Assembly (NCBI GenBank): GCA_002898395.1 | Contig: BEHE01000002.1 | Coordinates: 77,544-101,543 of the forward strand | From: Candidatus Calditenuaceae archaeon HR02 | Lineage (GTDB): Archaea > Thermoproteota > Nitrososphaeria_A > Caldarchaeales > Calditenuaceae | DNA: 24,000 nt | Reading direction: 5' to 3' | Shown: positions 16,139-23,264 of the stretch, piece after piece | How positions within the stretch are numbered: position 1 is the stretch's first letter | How the letters are laid out: each line of letters opens with the position of its first letter | The notes under the pieces: generated by a model | Database searches by the model: none | What the model was told of the DNA's origin: nothing | What the model saw: only the letters and a program-made list of their open reading frames with translations | Position numbers and translations under genes: made by a program

Positions 16139-17143
16139 GTGGCGAAGCTTAGAGGTCGCGGCATTGCCGCAATTTGCTATCCAACAGGTATGAATCTAGG
16201 TGGAGACCCCAGCCAGACAGTTATAATAGCTCAGCCTGACGGAACTTTCGTGGTAAATGTGGCTAGTGTTGAACTAGGTCAAGGTTTGAGGACTGTGCTA
16301 GCGCAGATCGCGGCTGAGGCTATAGGTGCCTCCATTGAAGACATTGAGGTTAGATTTGGGGACACACAATTGGCACCACATGATACAGGCACATTTGCGA
16401 GTAGAACAACCCACAGGATGGGGAACGCGATCATAAAGGCTGGACAGGAAGTAAGGCAGATACTGTTAGATGTAGCATCTAAGATACTGGAGGTCTCCCC
16501 CCAAGACCTAGAGATTAGGAATGGGAAGATATGGGTTAGAGGTGTTCCTGATAAGTTTATATCGGTAAGGGAGGTAGCTAGCCAGGCACAGTTCGTCTAC
16601 AACATTCCAGTGGTAGGAAAGGGTCACTACGTCAAGCCCAAAAGCATTGTAGACCCTGAAACTGGTGAGTCTGACCCACATTCAACAATGGCGCACGGCT
16701 GTGTGGTAGCCGATGTAGAGGTCGACACTGAGACTGGTGAGGTAACCGTTCTCCGGCTATTTACAGTCTACGAGGTTGGCAGGGCAGTTAATCCAAAACT
16801 CGTCGAGGGCCAGATAATAGGCGGCGCGGTGATGGGTCTTGGAGCTGCATTGAGAGAGACAGTCTATCCCCGCTACCCACAGATAATACACCAAACCACG
16901 AGTTTTCGCGAATACGTCTTACCTACAGCGGGCGACGTTCCAAAGATTATCTACAAGATAGTTGAGTCACCCACACCGACAGGACCATACGGTGCTAAAG
17001 GTGTCGGCGAGATGGTAGCAAACGGCATAGCACCCGCGATAGTTAATGCGGTTTACGATGCAATTGGTGTACAGATAACCGAGCTACCTATAACCCCTGA
17101 GAAAGTGTTAAAGGCCTTAAGTGAAAAGGGGAAATCAAAATGA
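16139..17143 (+). CDS. Molybdenum hydroxylase Mo-cofactor-binding subunit, C-terminal part (M-like, 334 aa)
   Basis: LRGRGIAAICYPTG..., FGDTQLAPHDTGTFASRTT, and YGAKGVGEMVANGIAPAI carrying the conserved catalytic Glu. GTG start is 6 nt after GGGGGTGA and in the same frame as the preceding ORF. Confidence 0.85.
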   Translation: MAKLRGRGIAAICYPTGMNLGGDPSQTVIIAQPDGTFVVNVASVELGQGLRTVLAQIAAEAIGASIEDIEVRFGDTQLAPHDTGTFASRTTHRMGNAIIKAGQEVRQILLDVASKILEVSPQDLEIRNGKIWVRGVPDKFISVREVASQAQFVYNIPVVGKGHYVKPKSIVDPETGESDPHSTMAHGCVVADVEVDTETGEVTVLRLFTVYEVGRAVNPKLVEGQIIGGAVMGLGAALRETVYPRYPQIIHQTTSFREYVLPTAGDVPKIIYKIVESPTPTGPYGAKGVGEMVANGIAPAIVNAVYDAIGVQITELPITPEKVLKALSEKGKSK

Positions 17144-17161
17144 AGAGCTTCAAATATAACG

Positions 17162-17171
17162 CTTATATATC
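17162..17171 (+). promoter_or_regulatory. Putative TATA box for the MBL-hydrolase/DUF3237 pair
   Basis: CTTATATATC is centred about 29 nt upstream of the ATG at 17195, and no Shine-Dalgarno site is present, which suggests a leaderless transcript. Confidence 0.4.
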
Positions 17172-17194
17172 ATCTCCATATTTTCTACCTCGCC

Positions 17195-18007
17195 ATGCCA
17201 GAAATTAAGATACAGTATATCGGACACGCATCTTTTTATATTGAATGGAAAGATGAGAAGATCTATCTCGACCCTTGGCTGAAGTCTCCTGGAATCGCGG
17301 GTGGGTGGACCAACCCTGTGAGCCCTGTTGCTCTTGATGATGTAAAAGAGGCCACTGTGGTTCTCGTGACACACGGCCACATAGACCATATTGGACACGC
17401 TATCGAGATCGTGAAGAAGACCGGTGCATGCCTGATATGTAGCCCAGAGGTTGGAATGTATGCAGACATACACGGAATACCCTACGACTCTGATCCAGAC
17501 CCAAAGGCAGGGCGGAATTACTGGATGTATCCGCTTAACGTGGGAGGAAGCTGCAACATCAGGGGAGTCACATACACGATGGTCCCTGCATTCCACTCAA
17601 GCAGCATCATGCACTACGACTATGTAAAAAACAAGACTAGGTATCCGGACGGCGCGGTAGGGTATGTGATATCTTTCCCTGACGGGCCTGTGATCTATGC
17701 CTCGGGAGACACGGGCGTCTCTATGGAGATGCACATGATTCAAGAGCTATACGGTCCCGAAATATGCATAATGACAGCGGGGGGCCAGTATAATATGGGC
17801 GTTAGGGAGTTCGCGTATGCGTGCAAGATATTGAAGCCTAAGATAGCCATACCCTGCCACTACGATACTTTCCCGCGGCAGAGACTAGATAAAGAGAAAC
17901 TAAGACAGGCTGTATCTGTCATGTCACCATCTACAAATCTTGTTTTTCTTAATCCAGGCGAGAGTTTAAGATATGTAACGGAATCGACCTGGTTTGTGGA
18001 GAGGTGA
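17195..18007 (+). CDS. Metallo-beta-lactamase-fold metal-dependent hydrolase (UPF0173-like)
   Basis: 270 aa. IKIQYIGHASFYIEWKDEKIYLDPWL, then VLVTHGHIDHIGH (HxHxDH motif), with later Asp/His ligand positions (SGDTG, PCHYDTF). Confidence 0.8.
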   Translation: MPEIKIQYIGHASFYIEWKDEKIYLDPWLKSPGIAGGWTNPVSPVALDDVKEATVVLVTHGHIDHIGHAIEIVKKTGACLICSPEVGMYADIHGIPYDSDPDPKAGRNYWMYPLNVGGSCNIRGVTYTMVPAFHSSSIMHYDYVKNKTRYPDGAVGYVISFPDGPVIYASGDTGVSMEMHMIQELYGPEICIMTAGGQYNMGVREFAYACKILKPKIAIPCHYDTFPRQRLDKEKLRQAVSVMSPSTNLVFLNPGESLRYVTESTWFVER

Positions 18008-18414
18008 TCTTGGTGGATCTGGACCTGCTCTATGAGTTGGAAGCTAAGGTCATTAGGACTGTTGAGATTGGTGGCGGAGCTACAGGGGGTAGAACCGACT
18101 TCTACATGCAAGGGAAGGTCTCGGGGAAAATAAATGGCTCGTATGAAGGAGTAGACTACGGATCAACGGTTAAGACGGAACGTGGTGACGCTGTCTATGT
18201 CCATGTACACGAGACAATAAAGACAGATAAGGGGATAATCTCGGCATTTAGGCGTGGATATGCCATCCCCTCTGGCCAGGGGTATAATGTGAGAGCGTTT
18301 GTTCTTTTCCAGACAGGGGTGCCTGAGCTCAGATATCTGAACTGGACTTTGGGTTTGGCTGAGGGCGTAGCTGGCCCTGATGGTCTTAAACTCAAGATAT
18401 ATGCAGTTAGGTAG
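18004..18414 (+). CDS. DUF3237-like small beta-barrel protein
   Basis: 136 aa. IGGGATGGRTDFYMQGKVSGKINGSYEGVDYGSTV...ETIKTDKGIISAFRRG resembles the DUF3237/UPF0311 pattern (recalled from memory). The true start is probably TTG 18010 or GTG 18013, just after GAGAGGTGA. Confidence 0.5.
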   Translation: MILVDLDLLYELEAKVIRTVEIGGGATGGRTDFYMQGKVSGKINGSYEGVDYGSTVKTERGDAVYVHVHETIKTDKGIISAFRRGYAIPSGQGYNVRAFVLFQTGVPELRYLNWTLGLAEGVAGPDGLKLKIYAVR

Positions 18415-18970
18415 AGAAGGTTCTTTTTCTTCTAAGCCCCTCAAATGTTATTTTCCTTAATCGTTTACCTTCTAGGATGACTATCGAAGAGCGGAAGGAC
18501 AGGCCATACTCTCGAGCAGCCCTTAAAGGCCCGTATTCACCTAACTTGTAGCCATAGTTAATCAAGGCATCATATGCTTTGCGCTTAAAGCCGCGGAGGT
18601 AAGGGCCTATGACTTTTAACAGTATCACAGCCCTCAGCCCTAAGACGTAAATTACTATCCACGACCCCCTCCTTAACACCCATGCATCACCAACCTGCCT
18701 GACAACAAAAGAAGCTGTATCCTCATCACAGCGCATCGTGGCAAACGGAGTATAGAGCATCGGGCTTTCTGAGACCTGTAAGTATCCTAACTCGCCTGAA
18801 GCTTGGAGTAGCCCTGCTATGAAGCTACTCACCACGGGGCTTAGAAGCTGTCTATTAGGCGGCTTCCTCTCAAGCTCGCAAAGCACAGTTGAAAAATCGT
18901 CAACGACCCAATCCTTCCCTGGCTCACAAAACACACGCCACCAAGGCGGGACAAGACCTGGCGCAACCAT
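18407..18970 (-). CDS. Hypothetical protein (187 aa), last gene of the sugar ABC operon
   Basis: The ATG at 18970 lies 1 nt after the TAG stop of the upstream ATPase. I recognise no motif. It has one hydrophobic stretch (SWIVIYVLGLRAVILLKVIGPYL) and a basic C-terminus. Confidence 0.55.
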   Translation of the reverse strand: MVAPGLVPPWWRVFCEPGKDWVVDDFSTVLCELERKPPNRQLLSPVVSSFIAGLLQASGELGYLQVSESPMLYTPFATMRCDEDTASFVVRQVGDAWVLRRGSWIVIYVLGLRAVILLKVIGPYLRGFKRKAYDALINYGYKLGEYGPLRAAREYGLSFRSSIVILEGKRLRKITFEGLRRKRTFST

Positions 18971-18971
18971 C

Positions 18972-20066
18972 CTAAATAATTACCATCTCAGTCTCAGCGT
19001 CTATTACATGAATATGTTCCTTATTGAAAACAGCATAAACCTGCATACCCTCTCTAACATTTAGACCCGCATCACAGAGACATTTAAATGACGCTGAGCC
19101 ACTCTTTAACTCTACAAGAAGCACCGTGCCGAGCGACTCTATATAATTTACATAGCATGGGATCGAGTCGCTCACCGGTGCAGTTGAGATGCTAATGTCA
19201 TGAGGCCTCACACCTAGCTGGATATTTTCTAGCTTGTCTTGCCGTGACTGTAACGCGAATTTAGCCGCCTCTCCTAATTCTATATGCGAGTCACCCACAG
19301 AAGCGTAGAGCTTACTCTCCACTAGCTTAAGCTTTGTATCGATGAAGTTGATGGTGGGCGAGCCTATGAAATAGGCGACAAACTTGTTGACTGGGTGGTA
19401 GTAGATCTCGTCGGGAGACCCCACCTGCTGGAGTCGTCCGTCACGAAGTATACCGATCCTATCCGCTATAGCCATGGCCTCCAACTGGTCGTGAGTGACG
19501 TAGATAAAGGTGCCTCCGACCTCCCTGTGTATGCGCTGGAACTCTGATCTAAGTGACTCTCTTAGCTTAGTGTCAAGGTTGCTGAGGGGTTCATCGAATA
19601 TGAATACCCGCGCATTTCTCACTATAGCTTTAGCTATAGACACGCGTTGCAGTATTCCAAAGTCAATCTCATGGTGCCTCTTATTTAGATGCTCTTCTAT
19701 GCGGAGAAGCGAGGCAGCCCACCTAACCCTCTCACGCTCGTCCTGCTTGCTCTTGACCTCGCGCCTGATGGCTAGGGCTATGTTGTCGTATACGTTTAGG
19801 CTTGGGTATATTGAAGGGAACTGGAAAACCATCGCTATATTCCTCTCAGACGGTGATAAATCAGTGACATCTTCGTCGTCAAAGAATACCGAGCCACTCG
19901 TAGGGGTCTCCAGGCCAGCTATTATCCTCATCAGGGTTGTCTTACCCGACCCGCTAGGTCCCAGAAGACAGAAGAATAATCCGTGGTCTACCGTTACCGA
20001 AACATTGTCCAATGCTTTTAAAGTCTTGAAAATCTTTGTTATATTCTCAGCGCGTACCTTCACCAA
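18972..20066 (-). CDS. MalK/UgpC-type sugar ABC ATPase, paralog 2 (degenerate signature motif)
   Basis: Walker A GPSGSGKTT, Q-loop VFQFPSIYP, Walker B VFIFDEP and H-loop YVTHDQ are intact. IDFGI (19653-19667) replaces LSGGQ. FIGSPTINF and a C-terminal regulatory/TOBE-like domain are present. The start is TTG 20066 or GTG 20063, just after the stop of the 90-aa ORF. Confidence 0.85.
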   Translation of the reverse strand: MVKVRAENITKIFKTLKALDNVSVTVDHGLFFCLLGPSGSGKTTLMRIIAGLETPTSGSVFFDDEDVTDLSPSERNIAMVFQFPSIYPSLNVYDNIALAIRREVKSKQDERERVRWAASLLRIEEHLNKRHHEIDFGILQRVSIAKAIVRNARVFIFDEPLSNLDTKLRESLRSEFQRIHREVGGTFIYVTHDQLEAMAIADRIGILRDGRLQQVGSPDEIYYHPVNKFVAYFIGSPTINFIDTKLKLVESKLYASVGDSHIELGEAAKFALQSRQDKLENIQLGVRPHDISISTAPVSDSIPCYVNYIESLGTVLLVELKSGSASFKCLCDAGLNVREGMQVYAVFNKEHIHVIDAETEMVII

Positions 20067-20071
20067 GTCTC

Positions 20072-20344
20072 CTACACCACCAGGAGGGGTACAAGATAAA
20101 TTGATAGCATGACAAAGAATACAACAACGCCCACGAGCGTCACAAGCCATCTTATCATTGTTTTTGGACCTACATCGCCACCTGGATTGTTCGGCAAGTA
20201 CGTGGAGTAGACATATGTAAAGCCCCCAACCCCTAGCAGGATAAAACCATAATATAGTAGCTGGCTGCTAAAAGGCTGGAATACAAGTGCGAGACCGATG
20301 AATGATAGGGTAAGCCCAACTTTTTCTAGCAAATTCTTCTTCAT
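20072..20344 (-). CDS. Small predicted 3-TM membrane protein (90 aa)
   Basis: The ATG abuts the TAA of the upstream ATPase with 0 nt spacing. There are three hydrophobic segments (GLTLSFIGLALVF, LLYYGFILLGVGGFTYVY, WLVTLVGVVVFFVMLSIYLVPLLVV). I recognise no family. Confidence 0.6.
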   Translation of the reverse strand: MKKNLLEKVGLTLSFIGLALVFQPFSSQLLYYGFILLGVGGFTYVYSTYLPNNPGGDVGPKTMIRWLVTLVGVVVFFVMLSIYLVPLLVV

Positions 20345-21433
20345 TTAATACATCGCCTCCCCACTTGCTACGTCAAAAAGAATGACCCTATCACCTGGAA
20401 TATTTATCGTCACTTCATCACCATATCTATACGGCCTCATGCCCTTAGATACTGCTTTCAACTCGACATCGCCGAGACTAAGGGTAACTATTGTTTCATA
20501 GCCCAGCCTCTCTGCAGCCAGAATCTTTGCTTTGAATGAATTGCTGTTCTTAGGCGCCTCTAAGACTATGTCTTGTGGTCTGATGGCAAGCTCCACTTCA
20601 GAGCCGTCAGAAAGCTTAGAGGAAGCGCCTATATTGCCCAACTGGATTTTCAGACTGGTTGTTGAAAACTCCCAGCCATGAGCCTGCCGCCTAACGATCC
20701 CCCGCATAATGTTTATAGTGGGGCTCCCTATGAAAGTCGCCACAAACCGGTTTTTCGGCCTCCTCATCAAATTTATGGGTGTATCGTACTGCAATATCAC
20801 GCCATCCTTTATTACTGCGACCTTCTCAGCAACTGCAAAAGCCTCTAAGAAGTCTGGGGTGGCGTAGATGATCGTCTGTTTCAACTCCCTATGCAGTCTC
20901 TTGAACTCCGTCCTCATCTCTTCCCTAAGCTTGGCATCTAGATTCGAGATAGGCTCGTCCAGGAGAAAGACCCTCGGATTCCTAACCAGTGTGCGCGCAA
21001 GTGCTACACGCTGCATCTCGCCACCACTAAGTGTGGATGGATCTTTTCTGTCTAGGAGATGTGCTATTCTTAGCTTCTCAGCTACGGCTTTTACCGACTT
21101 GTCAATATCTTCCCTGCCCCATTTACGCTCCTTTAACGGGTAGGCGATGTTGTCGTAGACACTCATATGTGGATAGAGCGCGTAAGTTTGGAAGAACATG
21201 GCTACATCTCGTCTCCAAGGTGGAGTTCCTAACACACTCTGTCCATCGAAGAGTATATCACCAGCGTCGGGCTCTTCAACACCGGCGATGCATTTAAGGA
21301 GAGTTGTCTTTCCCGCACCTGTCGGTCCTAAGAGCGCTACAAGGGCGCCGGACTCAACCTCTAGGTTAATACCTTTCAGTGCTTGAACAGGTCCAAAAGA
21401 CTTCTTTAGGCCGCGTATCTCGACCCGCGTCAA
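20345..21433 (-). CDS. MalK/UgpC-type sugar ABC ATPase, paralog 1 (degenerate H-loop)
   Basis: Walker A GPTGAGKTT, Q-loop FFQTYALYPHMSV, signature LSGGEMQRVALAR (21017-21031) and Walker B VFLLDEP are intact. The H-loop reads IIYATPDF, with Pro (20855-20857) in place of the switch His. The TTG start abuts the permease stop. Confidence 0.9.
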   Translation of the reverse strand: MTRVEIRGLKKSFGPVQALKGINLEVESGALVALLGPTGAGKTTLLKCIAGVEEPDAGDILFDGQSVLGTPPWRRDVAMFFQTYALYPHMSVYDNIAYPLKERKWGREDIDKSVKAVAEKLRIAHLLDRKDPSTLSGGEMQRVALARTLVRNPRVFLLDEPISNLDAKLREEMRTEFKRLHRELKQTIIYATPDFLEAFAVAEKVAVIKDGVILQYDTPINLMRRPKNRFVATFIGSPTINIMRGIVRRQAHGWEFSTTSLKIQLGNIGASSKLSDGSEVELAIRPQDIVLEAPKNSNSFKAKILAAERLGYETIVTLSLGDVELKAVSKGMRPYRYGDEVTINIPGDRVILFDVASGEAMY

Positions 21434-22339
21434 CTATTTTGCACCCCTCACTGTACCGAAGGTCATCCCCCTCAGCAAGAAGCGCTGGAGAACGAAGATA
21501 AGAACGAGAGCAGGCAGAATGTAGAGTGTCTCTATAGCTGCGATAAGGCCCCAGTTGATGCCGACCTCACCCCTCGTCCCCGCGATCATAACAGGTACCG
21601 TCCTAGTAGCCCTCTCCGTCAGCAGCAATGCGAAAAGAAATTCGTTCCAGACATTAATTATTAGGAAACCTATTGTGGCCCCTAGGCCCACCAACACCTG
21701 CGGAAGGGCGATCTTGTAAAAGACTTTGACCGGGTTCGAGCCATCGACTAACGCGGCCTGCTCGATATCTCTAGGCACCTCATCAAAGAAGCTCTTCATC
21801 ATCCATACAGCGAATGGTAGGTTGAACATCGTGTAGAGCAGGATAAGTCCAATATATGTGTTGTAGAGGCCTAGGCTCCGATAAAAGAAGTAAATTGGAA
21901 TGGCGACCACGATGGCTGGCAGCATCCTTGTAGAAAGGATGAAGAACATTAAAGTGTTGGTTCCTGCAGGCTTGTATCTTGAGAAGCTGTATGCGGCTAG
22001 AACCCCTATCACTGTAGCGATGGCTATACTGGAGAATGTCACTACGAAGCTATTGTAGAAGAAGGTCTCAGCACCTGTAGCCAACTCTAACTCCTGCCCG
22101 GTTATTGCCTCGATCTCTGTCTGCCTCTTCAGGAAAATGTCTATAAAGTTTCGGAATGTTGGCTCCCAGACAAAGAGTGGGGGTGTACTGAAGGCCTGTG
22201 CCCTTGTCTTTAGCGAGGTTGCTACGAGCCAGTAAATAGGGAAGATGAAGAAGATGACCGCGATAATCGCCGATATGTATATGAGAACTGTTCTCACGAT
22301 CTTACGCCTGCCACGCCTGTTATTTCTTGAATTTGCCAT
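21434..22339 (-). CDS. Carbohydrate ABC transporter permease (MalG-type)
   Basis: 301 aa polytopic protein with EAA loop DIEQAALVDGSNPVKVFYKIALPQ. Confidence 0.85.
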   Translation of the reverse strand: MANSRNNRRGRRKIVRTVLIYISAIIAVIFFIFPIYWLVATSLKTRAQAFSTPPLFVWEPTFRNFIDIFLKRQTEIEAITGQELELATGAETFFYNSFVVTFSSIAIATVIGVLAAYSFSRYKPAGTNTLMFFILSTRMLPAIVVAIPIYFFYRSLGLYNTYIGLILLYTMFNLPFAVWMMKSFFDEVPRDIEQAALVDGSNPVKVFYKIALPQVLVGLGATIGFLIINVWNEFLFALLLTERATRTVPVMIAGTRGEVGINWGLIAAIETLYILPALVLIFVLQRFLLRGMTFGTVRGAK

Positions 22340-22341
22340 CT

Positions 22342-23220
22342 CTACTCCCTCCTCGCTAACCTGAGATAGATGTTCGTCAAAAGCACTATAATTACTAAGA
22401 ATATAAATGCTAGCGCGGTAGCCTCACCAGTCCTGAAAAACTGGAAGGCGATGCGGTAAATCTGTATTGACAACACCTCAGTGGCGGTTCCAGGCCCTCC
22501 CCCCGTTAGCGTGAAAATTGTGTCAAAGGTCCTGAAGGCGTCCATCGTCCTAAAAAGAAGGGCAAGTGCTACCAGTGGTCTAATGGTGGGCCAGACAACG
22601 TACCTAAACTTTGTAAACATTGACAATCGGTCAATCTCGGATGACTCCAACATGTGTTTCGGAATAGCCTCGAGGCCTGCCAATATGAAGAGCATCATGA
22701 ACGGAGACCACTGCCAGACATCCATGAATATAATTGCGAACATTGGATGTTGGGAGAGTATCTTGACTGACTGTCCTGTTATCAGCTGCGCAAAATAGCT
22801 GTAGACACCAAAGGTCGCGTCAAAGAGGTATCGGTGGAAGATGCCTACTGCCACCGGGGCGACGAGAAGGGGAGTTGTTACAAGGGTTATTGCTAGCCGC
22901 CTACCACTGAACTGGTTATAGAATAGCAGAGCAAGCCCAAATCCAATTAAGAATTCAATACTTACCGCATAGAAGACGAATTGCCCGGTCAAAACGAATC
23001 TCCTCCACACGTCTAGACTATTCAAGAGCCTGTAATAATTCTCAACCCCGACAAAAACAGGTGCCTCCCCGCGAATAACGTTATATGAGTAGAAGCTAAG
23101 GCCGAGAGCCCAGATGAGCGGGAAGATTACAAGGAATGTGACGAGAGCGACTGCAGGTAGTATGAGGAGGACGGAGAAAATCCTAATTAGCCGACTACCA
23201 GTAGTGGCTTGTAAAGTCAT
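22342..23220 (-). CDS. Carbohydrate ABC transporter permease (MalF-type)
   Basis: 292 aa polytopic protein with EAA-like loop LESSEIDRLSMFTKFRYVVWPTIRP. Confidence 0.85.
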   Translation of the reverse strand: MTLQATTGSRLIRIFSVLLILPAVALVTFLVIFPLIWALGLSFYSYNVIRGEAPVFVGVENYYRLLNSLDVWRRFVLTGQFVFYAVSIEFLIGFGLALLFYNQFSGRRLAITLVTTPLLVAPVAVGIFHRYLFDATFGVYSYFAQLITGQSVKILSQHPMFAIIFMDVWQWSPFMMLFILAGLEAIPKHMLESSEIDRLSMFTKFRYVVWPTIRPLVALALLFRTMDAFRTFDTIFTLTGGGPGTATEVLSIQIYRIAFQFFRTGEATALAFIFLVIIVLLTNIYLRLARRE

Positions 23221-23264
23221 ACAAAAACACTTTACTGACCGTGTATTTGAATTTATTTTGGGCT

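Noticed and set aside
19510-20112. A 200-aa plus-strand ORF, together with similar long antisense ORFs at 3358-3837, 17150-17596, 14722-15075, 10858-11079 and 5181-5492.
   Set aside because: All lie antisense to strongly supported genes and have low-complexity, Ser/Arg/Pro/Leu-rich translations with no motifs. These are typical shadow ORFs.
20067-20150. A Cys-rich N-terminal extension of ATPase 2 (MACDARGRCCILCHAINLSC...) that could be a metal-binding domain.
   Set aside because: The extension is the out-of-frame reading of the 3' end of the 90-aa TM ORF. MalK-type proteins begin right at the (V)KVRAENITK strand, and a TTG/GTG start with an upstream purine-rich Shine-Dalgarno-like sequence lies at 20066/20063.
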